Positions 35,330 through 46,301 of a DNA stretch of 64,000 nt are shown here, piece by piece; positions within the stretch are counted from its first letter, which is position 1, and every line of letters begins with the position of its first letter. Source of the stretch: Microthyrium microscopicum (Eukaryota). The stretch is taken from positions 1,270,882 to 1,334,881 of the forward strand of contig MU004240.1 in the NCBI GenBank assembly GCA_010405405.1. Reading direction: 5' to 3'. The notes beneath the pieces were generated by a model. The model saw nothing but the letters and a program-made list of their open reading frames with translations, did no database searches and was not told the origin of the DNA. The position numbers and the translations under genes are program-made.

Positions 35330-38122
35330 ATGGCTACAACTCAATTGCCTTTTCGGCCCCGTTCCCGTGTTTCCTCCCATGGAAGCGAAAACGATCATGA
35401 TACCTCCAAATACTCCCTCAACCTTGATGCGCTCCCCGACTCTACTAATAATGACTCGATACTCGACATGGCTCAACTCCCACACGATGCTATAGACGTT
35501 GTGCGAACCGACGAGATCGATGGCCCTACAGACTTTACTCAAAACCTAGAATACTGGATGCGCCTCAAGCTACCAAATGTCGTTGAGCCAACCTCTCTAC
35601 AAGGACAAGACAAATCAGCACTAGAACAATACATCTCTAGCGATGAGCCACTATCTAGCAGCTCCGGCGAGTCGCAGACACCCCGACAATTTAGCATGAT
35701 TGATGATACTTCACCAAACGACATCAAAGGCACAATTGAACGTCGACCAATGGACTTGCCTTACGAAGGCAACGGTCGAAATATAAGTTCGCCGAGCAGC
35801 ATACCTGGTTTTGATGGCCCAGGTGATTACGATGAAGAGGAGAGACAATCAGAACCATCACCGTCTCTACGCCCTCAATCACGTCTGCAGCCATCTGTCG
35901 AAGATTATGAAGATTCTCCTTCTCAACCTCCCCGCTCTCATTTCTGGCATACGAGAAGACAACGGTGGATGCCATTTGGTGGCGGTCATCAGGACGAGCC
36001 ACATCAGGAGGAACCGCCTCATGAGGAGTCACATCTTCAGATTCCGCATCATGAAGAGTCACCACAGGACAATCCAGTGCAGGAACACTCGCTTTACGAT
36101 GTTTCATTCCAGGACTCCGTTCAGAAGCAAAAACCGCAGGATGACTCATTTCAGGACTCCCTTCAGAAACAGAAAACTCAGGCGGACTCATTCCAGGATG
36201 CTCTTCAGAAACAAAACACTAAGCAGGATTCGTTCCAAGACGCTCTTCAGAAGCAGCAAACTTATGGTCAGACCACCGCAGAGCAGACTTCGAAGCAGCA
36301 AATCGCTAAGCAGCGACAAATGAAGCGACAGACTACTGAGCAGCAAGAAGCCAAGAAGCACGCAGCTAAGGAGCAGACCGCTAAGGAGCAGACTGATAAG
36401 GAGCAGACCGCTAAGGAGCAGACCGCTAAGGAGCAGAAGGCTCAAGACCGGAAGGCTAAGGACCAGCAAGCTCAGGACCGAAAGGCTAAGGACCAGAAGG
36501 CTAATGACCAGAAGGCTAAGGGCCAGAAGGCTAAGGGCCAGATTGCTGAAGGGCAGGAAGCCACAAAGCAGAAGGCCCAGGAGCAGAAAACCCAGGACCT
36601 GGAAGACAAGCTTCGCTCGACCCAGCAGCAGATTGCTCAAGAGCAGGAAACTCAAGAGCGGAAAGCTCAGGAGGAGAAAGCTCAGGGTCAGAAAATTGGG
36701 GAGCTGGAAAGTATGCTTCGAGCATTGCGCAATGAGCTTGATGAAGTGAAGCAGCAGTCTCGGACTGATATCGAAAAGCTCAAGGAAGAACACGAAGCTC
36801 AGATGCAGATCAAGCGATCGTCCAGTGAAGCACGTTTCGGTGATAATGAGGCAGAACTCAAGAACCTGAAAACCCAATTAGAAGAACAGCACGCACGCAG
36901 CTTGTTGCATGGCGAGGAAAATGAACAACTAGTGTCAAAGAATGCAGGCTTGGAAAATGACTTGATCCAGTCCAACCAATCTGCGAATAAACTTCGGGAC
37001 CAGATTGGTCTACTCAAGCAGTCAACTCAAGAGAAACTGGCCTCCAAAGAGTCGGAATCGAATTCGATCATCGCTAAGCTCCAGCGAGAACATGAAGCGC
37101 AGTTCCGTAAGCTTATGAAGCGAGCTGCAGACGAATCGACGGCATCGGAAGACAAAGTCAACACACTTGAAGACACCGTATCTCAATTGCAACAACAACT
37201 CACCAAGCGGGACGCTCAAATTGCCGATCTTCAAGATCATCTCTCGGACCGTGCCAACAGTCTCGATCTCGCAGAACGGCGCGCCACTGAAGCCGAATCC
37301 ACCCTCGAAGAAACCGCAGCTCTCCACCGCGAGGACATGAAGCAGGAACAAGATCTCTACGACATCGAGCGAGCTCAACTACGCGATCAAATTGCCGCTC
37401 TACAGCGCGAGCTGACCACCAAGACTGCCAGCCTTGACGAATTGCACTCCGAGCTCCAGACAGCTGAAGAAGCCTATGAGGATCTCCAAGAGCAAGTCGA
37501 CAACGAGGTAGACCTCAATGTCCGCGTCGCCGAGCTCACACGCGCCAATGCCACTCTCGAATCGAGTCTTCAAGCAATGAAAGACCGTCATGACGCTCTC
37601 TCTTCCCGTTATAACACTATACACGAGGGTCATGAAGCCGAGCTAGCTACCATGCGCACCAAGGCCGAAACCGCAGTACGCAAAGTGAACGAGATTGTTG
37701 AGCGCGAGCGTCGCGAAGCCAAGAGTCTACGTGAATCCCTTGCGGCTAAAGAGTCTGAGGGCTCAGAAGAGCTCGATGAAATACGCACCGAGCTTCGTCT
37801 CACCGCCGACCGCGTGGAAGATCTCGAGCGCGAACGCGATAATGCCGTGGTTGCGCAGATGACTGCCGAGGATGCGCTTGCTAATGCACAGAGTGAGTTG
37901 GAGCAGACAAAGGACGAGCACAAGGCGATCGATGCAGCTGTTAATGAGCGGCTATACCGCGCAGTGGCAAAGAAAGAGACGGAGTGGAAGGCGCGTGTTG
38001 TTCAGCTGGAGCGCGAGATGGAACAGCGCAATCGTCTTCTGATGCACGAATGGGGACGAGACGAGTGCGGACCGAGCAATCCGCAGGGTTTCAAGTATCG
38101 GTATTGGCCCGGTGGAAAGTAA
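35330..38122 (+). CDS. Long coiled-coil protein, spindle-pole-body-associated SnaD-like, intronless
   Basis: 930-aa ORF with N-terminal DGPTDFTQNL, heptad-rich E/Q/K body and C-terminal LMHEWGRDE..QGFKYRY. SnaD likeness is from recall. Confidence 0.75.
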   Translation: MATTQLPFRPRSRVSSHGSENDHDTSKYSLNLDALPDSTNNDSILDMAQLPHDAIDVVRTDEIDGPTDFTQNLEYWMRLKLPNVVEPTSLQGQDKSALEQYISSDEPLSSSSGESQTPRQFSMIDDTSPNDIKGTIERRPMDLPYEGNGRNISSPSSIPGFDGPGDYDEEERQSEPSPSLRPQSRLQPSVEDYEDSPSQPPRSHFWHTRRQRWMPFGGGHQDEPHQEEPPHEESHLQIPHHEESPQDNPVQEHSLYDVSFQDSVQKQKPQDDSFQDSLQKQKTQADSFQDALQKQNTKQDSFQDALQKQQTYGQTTAEQTSKQQIAKQRQMKRQTTEQQEAKKHAAKEQTAKEQTDKEQTAKEQTAKEQKAQDRKAKDQQAQDRKAKDQKANDQKAKGQKAKGQIAEGQEATKQKAQEQKTQDLEDKLRSTQQQIAQEQETQERKAQEEKAQGQKIGELESMLRALRNELDEVKQQSRTDIEKLKEEHEAQMQIKRSSSEARFGDNEAELKNLKTQLEEQHARSLLHGEENEQLVSKNAGLENDLIQSNQSANKLRDQIGLLKQSTQEKLASKESESNSIIAKLQREHEAQFRKLMKRAADESTASEDKVNTLEDTVSQLQQQLTKRDAQIADLQDHLSDRANSLDLAERRATEAESTLEETAALHREDMKQEQDLYDIERAQLRDQIAALQRELTTKTASLDELHSELQTAEEAYEDLQEQVDNEVDLNVRVAELTRANATLESSLQAMKDRHDALSSRYNTIHEGHEAELATMRTKAETAVRKVNEIVERERREAKSLRESLAAKESEGSEELDEIRTELRLTADRVEDLERERDNAVVAQMTAEDALANAQSELEQTKDEHKAIDAAVNERLYRAVAKKETEWKARVVQLEREMEQRNRLLMHEWGRDECGPSNPQGFKYRYWPGGK
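36104..36545 (+). repeat. Coding minisatellites: 42-bp x4 (SFQD.LQKQ.T) then 15-bp array (AKEQT/AKDQK)
   Basis: 42-bp units 36104-36262. GCTAAGGAGCAGACC-type units from 36365. Confidence 0.9.
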
Positions 38123-38397
38123 GTGACGTTATTGCATGCTTGTATTTTTAGCGGATGCATTGTTTGGTGTTGGGGATTGCGGGATGGGTTCTCTTAGACC
38201 TGGGGTGGCAATTGTTCTTGCATAGTGTATGCATCTTCATAACCTGTAGCAATCAATAGTATTGAGCTCAGTTTGTTCTACCCCATCTCAAACATGATCA
38301 TCTGTGGGTATCCAGCTTCCTATTACAAACTCAAACAAAACGCCATTCCTCTATGCCAAAACATCGCTTCCATATAACCACAATCTCTTATATCCAT

Positions 38398-38850
38398 CTA
38401 CAACAGCCCCTTCCGTGCCAACTCAACCTTCCGTCCCATCTCACCAACCGCAAAACCCCCCTTACTAGCACACAACATACTCCCATCGCCCAACTCCACT
38501 TTATCTTCCTGATCCGGAAACGCACACGGGCAGTGGTGTGGAAAGTGTACACACGCAAGTGTCCCAGGACACAAATAATTTGTGCACGGCGCTGTCGAGA
38601 GTCAGCATACATGGTGTTCGAATCTCCCGCCGAAGCACTGTTGCGGCGCTTGTGCATTACTGTACTTACCGCCCTCGTAGTTTTGCCGGTACCAGGCGCT
38701 GTCGCTTGGCGCATTTTGGCCTTGTTGTTGCTGGTTGCCGTGGGCGTGGCCGCCGCCTTGACCGCCGAACATTTGCTCGAAAAATCCTTGGAATTGCGCG
38801 GATGCGGTGGAGAGGAGGAGGGTGGAGATGAGGGTTGTTAGGAGGCGCAT
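38398..38850 (-). CDS. LCL2: Long chronological lifespan protein 2; 2 exons
   Basis: Signal peptide, [43 protein letters not shown]. Confidence 0.92.
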
Positions 38851-39163
38851 TTTTGAAAGTGTGAGGTCTGGGCGACGTCGGTGTTTGTGTGTGTGTTTAT
38901 GCGGTGTTGCGAGAACTGCTGTTTATTGATTGTTGGTCATGAACGATAATCGTGGCATCAAGATGGAGTTGATGAATTGGATGCGATTGATGGACAGGGG
39001 TCGTAAAGGTGCTTCGGGCCGAGCAGGGGTATCTCGGGCCGCATGCATGCGGTGGCAGGTTTCAACTTTTTTTTACTTTCAACACCACATCGATATCACA
39101 AGCAACGGAGCTATTCAGAAAATCATCAACGCCCACATCAAACAAAGATTAGCAATAGTCAAT

Positions 39164-39467
39164 ATGCGAGTCTACTTCTCTTATCCCACGGATTTGTACT
39201 AATTGATTCGCAGGCATCTCATGTACACTGTGGACAGCAAGGGGCTGCGCAACTATACCTTGAAGAAAGTAGTTGACGGCCGTGTTGCAACATCTGCGCA
39301 TCCAGCGCGCTTTTCGCCAGACGACAAGTTCTCTCGGTACGACTATCAGAAGAAGTTTGAAGTACTCCGGACTGATTTAATACAGACAACGTGTTACCCT
39401 CAAGAAGCGCTATGGACTGCTCCTCACGCAAATAGCTGCTGCTGAGAAAGAGAAGATCAAGAACTAA
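39164..39467 (+). CDS. NOP10: H/ACA snoRNP subunit Nop10; 3 exons
   Basis: MHLMY...YTLKK...[27 protein letters not shown]. Introns 39166-39213 and 39337-39385. Confidence 0.95.
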
Positions 39468-39745
39468 ATCAAGGGGCATCTTGACACGAAGGCTCTAGCT
39501 AGCAATGGATGGCGACACTTGACTTTCGATATTTGCGAACCTCCGTTATGGGCGCTGGGGAGTTTTAGGCATGGTAAAGGGCCACGGCTCCATTATGAAC
39601 GGCACATGTATTATTCCAGTACGATACATTAAAGCAATGCTCTAATATTCATGATTCATCAAATTCTATCAACGTGCAAACATGAGAACGGGTATCATTC
39701 TAGCCACCCAAACACCAAAAACATATCCTTCAGCAATGCAAGTCC

Positions 39746-41188
39746 TCAACGCTTCTTCCTTGAATTGACATTCCGGCCGGCACCGACCTGCAGCTTACCC
39801 CCTTTAGCACGCTCTCCCGTTAACAAGCTGGGCAAATAGTCCTCATCCATCAGATCTTTACCCTTGACTCTCTTCTGCTCAGCCACCGCGCGCACATACT
39901 CTTTCTGGTCTTCACTTAGCACGAGCCCATTGCCCCAGCCGCCTTTCCCACCGCCCTTGACACGCATGTTTGACGCACCCGCGACAGGCTTGGGCACACT
40001 ATACACATTACCGCGCGTGTTCCACTGGTAGTTCTTCTTGAGATGGAGCGTGAACTCGCCGTTGGCGTTAGTCGAGCAGCTGACGCGGTTGAGTGTGAGT
40101 CCGCCGCAGTGGCCGCAGAATTGGCGCGTGAGATCACGCTCGAGTTTGAAACAGGCATGACATCGGAGAATATGTGATTTGATGTGTTTGATGCGTTGGA
40201 GGTTTGGTGAGAGGAGGTTGAGGTTCATTTGAAGGAGTACGTTTTGCATGGCAAAATCGGTGGTTATCATGGCCTGGTGTGGTCAGTGAAGTTCTGAATT
40301 GAGAGAAGGTGAAGAGCTTACTACTTGGATAGACTTGGGCTCTGGACCGCGGGAGGCGGCGGGGCTGTTCTCGAGGAGCTGTTTGCGTTTGATGTTGGAA
40401 GGAGTTATCCATCCTCCATCCGAGTCCTCGTCGTCCTCTTCAGGTTGAGGGTCATTCGTATCAGCGGATATACCTAGGCTTTCTAGTGGTTCTGCGATCT
40501 CCACCGACGCCTCTGTTGTTTCTTGTGCTGCTGAATCGATTGCTGGTACTTCTATTGATGCTTGCGAGTTCTTAGCTACTTGTTCTTCTGTTCCAAACGC
40601 TATTGGCTCTGCTTGTTGGGCACTCTCAGGCTCGATTGTTCCTGCGGTGGGATCGACAGTGAATGGCGACTCCTCGGGTATTTTATGTACTTCTTTAACT
40701 CCAGATAATGCCGAATCTGTTGCCTCTGCTTTTGTCTGGTCATCTCCCAGTGAGGTAGTGTCTTCCGCCTGTTTCTCTATCGAAGCCGCTTCCTTGGGAG
40801 CTGGTGGTGGTCCATTTGTCCGCTTTTGTCCCGGAATACTTCTTAGCCGCCAATTACCCTCATTGCGTTCACACTCAATTTCGTATGCGAGAGCAAGCAA
40901 GTGAGTGTCAGGTCTACTCAAGACAGCTAAATCACCAGTCTTTCGAGCGAAATCTGATACAATCTTGATACTTTCGGGCCTCGGACTTCGTATTTTCAAG
41001 AAGGGTTGTAAAGTTGTCTGGAAACGAGCCCGTGTAGCAGCATCACGAATTTCATCTACGACGGCTGGAATTGTCACAATCTCCTCGCATTGCTGAAGTA
41101 GACTGGAAACTGATGGCTCTGATTTGATTATAGGTCCTGTGTCGATTATTATGGTGTGTACTGGCTTTGGAGTTGGTTCAGACGCCAT
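39746..41188 (-). CDS. NOB1: 20S pre-rRNA D-site endonuclease Nob1; 2 exons
   Basis: PIN domain (IIDTGPII, EIRD, TGDLAVLSRPD), GWITPSN, TTDFAMQNVLLQM, Zn ribbon CHAC..CGHCG. Confidence 0.96.
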
Positions 41189-43404
41189 GTTTGGAGGTTT
41201 CCCAAGCTCTTAATTACTTTTCTCTTGTGAGCAATTTTCAAATGGTATTTGAGGAGATCAGTCGTTTGGGTTGAATTTTATTGAAAATATCACAGATGTT
41301 GGAATAAATATTTGAAACTACGCTAAGAACTTTGCCCCAGTACGTAATGTATTAAATGCTTCAATAGTCCTAGCCTAGCTTAGCAATCACTCCCCCTTTA
41401 GCCTTGGCGGCTTCCCTAAATATCGGTCTATGCCTCATTGTTTGGACTCCAGAGACGTGATTTACTCCTAATTCAATTACTTGAGTCTATCCTTCACCAA
41501 TTCTTGCTCTAACCTGAAGCACCATGTCTTTAGATAAGGCCCATCGGACGCATATTGCACTCAGGAGCAGAGTTCTAGCATGGTGAACTCACAAACTCAC
41601 ATTACCACGAGTCCATTACCTTCAAGTCTCGAGCAAAGTCATTATTCATCACCTTTCAGCAAATGTCTATGGCCTGTCCTTACATCCTTCATATCGATAT
41701 CGAGTACGACGCATCCCGCATTCCCTCTGGCCGAACTGGGCGTCTTGCTGCTTCATCGCCTAGCCGCTGCAGATTCCATCAGCTACATGAAGTAGTGGGT
41801 CTTGCTGACGCGACTCGTTGTTCGCAGCACAAGTATATGCCTGGAGTATGGCTTGATTGCAAGCTTGCTGCCTAGCTAGAGATGCATCCGTCTCAAAGCA
41901 TGGCTATCGAAAGAGTTCCAGCAGAGCGGTACGAACCATGACCAAACGGGACACTCAAGCTGCAGCCACGATGTGATGAACACATTTAAGCGACTGATCG
42001 CGCCAGCACCAGTCCACGTTTCGCGTGGTATTGACCGTGGCATTCACGATGATGCCGGTATCAAATGCCGATTGCCACAGCGGGGTTGTGAACACCACTT
42101 TGCCGGCTAGCAATAAGCATTCCTAGAGGCGTAGTACTCGTGGTCAAATACAGTGAGGGCAACATTTGCAAAAGAGTAATGGTAATCCCGTGCCATTGGA
42201 CGCTGTCAGCTCTGGGTGCTTCAAACCTCTTCAGACATCACGAATTGTGACAATCAATCGCAGTCCAGTGCACGTTGTGCTGCCCTCGGATGAAGCATGG
42301 AAGCTATCTCCCCAATGCATAGGCATTTCGGCCGTCGAGCTCGTCAACCAGCTGGGCATAAAGTATGATAAACACTCATCAGCTTCGCTGGTCAACAACC
42401 TTTGGTCATTGCGTTCGAGTGCTCTGTGGGTGATGTGGCCGAGGCTGCGGCATCCATGGTCCTTGACTGGAGCGCCTCGTTCAATGTATCCATTGGATGC
42501 CGGCCTTCACTCAAGCAGGTATAATATGCTTTCCGAAAGTCCAAATGAAGTGTGAAAAGGTATAGGTTGGTATCAAACGAGACTTACTCAAGGAAATCGA
42601 TTTGGCCATGCTTCCTAGTCCTTGCTCTTGTACCAATTGTCTCCTCTTCAGTTTCGTTATCTATTTGCCATGGGGGTTGGCAGGTTTAGAGTTCGCATAT
42701 GTCGCTGCACTATCGAACTAGATCATGCACGTTGCCTCTTCTAACCGATTCTTAGTCTCTGGAAGTACTTTCGTTACCACAAAGCTGGAATGAATACTTG
42801 GATATCGACATTGGAACGACAAACAGTTCATGCACGCTTCCTATCAACAGCTGTCCTTGGTGTCCGGTCATGCATACAAGGACATTCGAGTCACCCAAGC
42901 CTTAGCATATATCCATGAGCCATGACATATTAGCTGATAGCTCAGTCGAGAAGAGATCAGCGTCGTCTGCTATTGCATGTGTTGCGGCCTGTCTGCCTCT
43001 CCGGACAGGCCTATCATCATGATAATGCTCATGCTGGTTGAGCCCATTAGAGCAGTTGACTGCATATTCTGCAAGATCCTAATGGATGGGAATTGAAACA
43101 GGAACTCATTGGCGCTCGGGAACCCGGGTTCTCTTTCCACTCGTCGAATCGTAGGTCTGCGACGCCTGGGCTTACCCTTGAACGACTTTGAAAGTGAGGC
43201 TCACCGGTCATTCAGGGTCCTCGATGCAGTCCTCGGCCGGGGCGGAAAGGTTCAATGCCTGTCGTTCCAGCGCACGCTTGTTGAAAACCGGTCATTAGGA
43301 TCGCGGCAGCCCAGTTGTGGGCGGAAAATCTACAATCGAACCAGGCAACAGGAGCTCGATGCACAAAAGAAGGCGACCGATCATGCGACGGTCACCGGGA
43401 CACA

Positions 43405-44579
43405 TCACACGTACTGTTTGCCCCCAAACTTTACAATGTCGCCCGCGCCTCCCGCAGGAAATGGATATTTAGAAGGCCTGTCGTCCTGGGGATAAAGGTC
43501 AGGCCAGTACTGCCCAGACGAGGGGAACAGATTTTGCAAGCTGCACCACAACACCAGGCTTGCGGATTCTTTGCCGCGCCAACCGCCCTTCTTCTCGCTG
43601 ATTCGCCCATGCTGTTGTTTCAAGCTGGACATAGGTGCCGAATGAGATTTCCGAATCATTGCCTTGAACGTCGAATGCGGCCCGGTGCAAGAGCTAGGAC
43701 ACCACGTTCTCTTATAGGCATCACCATACCTTATGGCTTCGAAATGAGCAGTTGAGCCTCCTTATTCGGTCACGTGCTTCTGCTTCAACCATGCTTACAG
43801 GCAATAATAGGGGAGATCGGTCGTGTCCGGTTCACCAAGGGGAGCGGCCCGAGCCTACCACACGCTTCTACGATGCTGCCAACTACTCTAGCGGTCTCTC
43901 TTCCGCAAACTATACAATTCGTCCAGTGTCACAACTTGCGGATGGGCATGTGCAATGAGTCCCTCATGCCTCTTCTACTTTGGATCTTCAGGGCCAACGA
44001 ACTCAATACATCTGATGAAGAAGATTGTCAAGGCAGCCTAACAATCCTGTCCCTCGGCCCCCATAGTCTCACGGTTAGACGGACAGATTGCTCCGGACAA
44101 ACCCGGTCCTCGGCAATGAGACCGCTTTGTTCCATGTGCATTTGCCTAGGACGAGCTTCTTTTCTGCTTCTCTAGCTTGTTTTTATCATTGGCCCGCTAC
44201 CATACATGACCATACTGCGTACATGATCATTCATGACATGCAGTGTTTCCACGAAGGATACCCGGAGGGCTGGCATTATGGCGGTTTGCGTCGGGCCAAA
44301 CCTGTATTCAAAGGACGTCAAGCAGATCGCAACAGATCTTCGAGCAGCTTTTGCCTGTTGAAGGAAGGGCATTTATTTCACGCAAGTTGCCACTGGCTCA
44401 AGAGCTCGCATATCGCGCGCGGGTGAGACCAAGTATTTCGCATCCCTCACTGAGAATCGGGCGTATCGAAAGACGTATCCCTGCCCTTTAGACCAACTTT
44501 CATGGGGTAAACCAACAACGACGCGATCATTCATCAAGGGATCTTCCATCCTGTAAAGCTCCTCCCACGTTGGGATCAT
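43405..44579 (-). pseudogene. Possible decayed gene remnant
   Basis: Protein-like stretches (MIPTWEELYRMEDP, HPQVVTLDELYSLRK, WPDLYPQDDRP) broken by TAG/TAA stops. No family recognised. Confidence 0.25.
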
Positions 44580-44782
44580 GCATAGTGTCAGCTGCCTTCA
44601 TTCGAAAGCAGATGACTTGGTGATTGATTTACGTCGCAGAATAAGTTACAGAGCCTCAAACTGTGTGTCAACGATAAAGAGCGCCCATCCAGATACTGTA
44701 GCGGACTTATCAGTCGCCTTGTCAAGTCTGTCAGAGGTCTCGAAACAAGCCATCCTGATGATTATGATCCCTGGCGACCGTC

Positions 44783-45744
44783 ATGGACCAGCATGTAAGT
44801 CCCCGCGTTATTTGAACTTCCTTGTCCATATATGCCTTATCAACTACTTGCTAAAAGTCCGGCGTACAGCTACCATTGTTCTTCTTCACGATACGTGAAG
44901 TGAGAGTTCATAGCGCGGCACCTCCTCGTCATTCCAGCAGTGGCCAATGGAGGCCTCCACGGCCAGCCGGGCATAGCATTCTCGATCCAGATGCAGAAGG
45001 ATATCATCATACAACATCATATAGTTATAACACCGCTACGCATACTATTTTTGATCTGAGGACTCCCGACCCAAGAGATCAATTCGAAGGTCTGCAACAG
45101 TGTCGAGCCGTGACTCTGTACTTTGAAGGAGCTACAATATGGTGCATAGGGGTTGATGCGACGCAACATATCATTGGGAATGGCCGCCCAGCTAACTTGC
45201 CAGATGAGGATGACGACGATGAGGACGCGGATGGATCGGACGACGAAGGTGCCGCCGAAACAGATTGGCAACCAATCCATTTCAATCACATTGCTGGAGG
45301 ATCTACCCAGATTGACTACGGCCTGGAGCAAACCAGGCTCTTTGCTAGCCGGAACGACCAAACATGGCAGGATATGTTACTACCAACCGGCTATCGACCC
45401 ATCGCCCATCGAAGAAATATTCCGAACCGCGTTCCGCCATATGGATCGCTTTCTGGAAATCTGGCCATACTACTTGGGCTAGTTGCGCTAACTGCGGACC
45501 CTGATGAAGCTTACCATGTCCACATGATGTTGCAGCATTGCATCCAAGGACAAAACTGGCAGACTCCGCTCAACAACAATGGCTGTTAGTTCCCTTGAAC
45601 TGGTTATATTTGGTTCTCTCCTCCCGAAAAGCCTACTAACTCCACTCAGGGGAAGATGAAAGGGGGGTCCTCGTAACAATATGGACCTACCCGGCATATG
45701 AAACGCAGATGCGCTCGTTCGAACACAACCCCATCTTTCAGTGA
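44783..45744 (+). CDS. Fungal hypothetical protein; 3 exons
   Basis: MDQH|LPLFFFTIRE... (intron 44795-44869). A 3' intron gives W-EDERGVLVTIW...PIFQ*. Both splices are in frame. Confidence 0.75.
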
Positions 45745-46301
45745 ACGATCTCGTAAAAATATGGGCCTAACGGTTCCGCACATGCAATATTACGTTCTCT
45801 TCGCTGGCTAAGAGATTCATTACTGTCTTTCAATTCGAAGATCAGTGCACTACTGTCTGGTACATCTCTTTGGGCGGCTATTTGGATTTCAGATGTTTTC
45901 GCAGCAATACCCAGCCGGTCTTGTTGTAGCATATGCTACGTGTGACCAGACCGCAAGCACAGCCTCCTCCTTTGATCGAGTTCTACAATTGGTTTGAATA
46001 TCAGGGTCTGAGCATTTGATGCCTTTTGCTGGAAAGCATGGACTTGATTCGGATTTGTAAATTGCATATGGTTATTTCCCAATATTATCTTCAACGCGGA
46101 TGTCTGATATGGAAGAACAGGGAAGTCCTTTCATGGACAGCAGAGATATGCAACAGGGCCATGTCGAATGCGCACACCGTTTCCCGAGATATCCGTAATG
46201 CAACATACTATTTCATACATGATGAGCGCTTGTAATCAGTGCATTGTTTTAACCTACTCATAGCCACTCTAACTAAATCGCTAAACCTCGCAAATCACTG
46301 G

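Noticed and set aside
36365..36545. Regularly spaced repeats resembling a CRISPR array
   Set aside because: In-frame coding tandem repeats without unique spacers, in a fungal genome.
36188..36877. 229-aa Leu/Ser-rich minus-strand ORF
   Set aside because: Antisense shadow of the K/E/Q repeat region.
38605..38640. GTTCGAATC tRNA T-loop-like motif
   Set aside because: No T-stem or cloverleaf pairing, and it lies antisense in the LCL2 intron.
42190..42330. QWHG / VHW fragments suggesting a multicopper oxidase relic
   Set aside because: Motifs are incomplete and lack supporting flanks.
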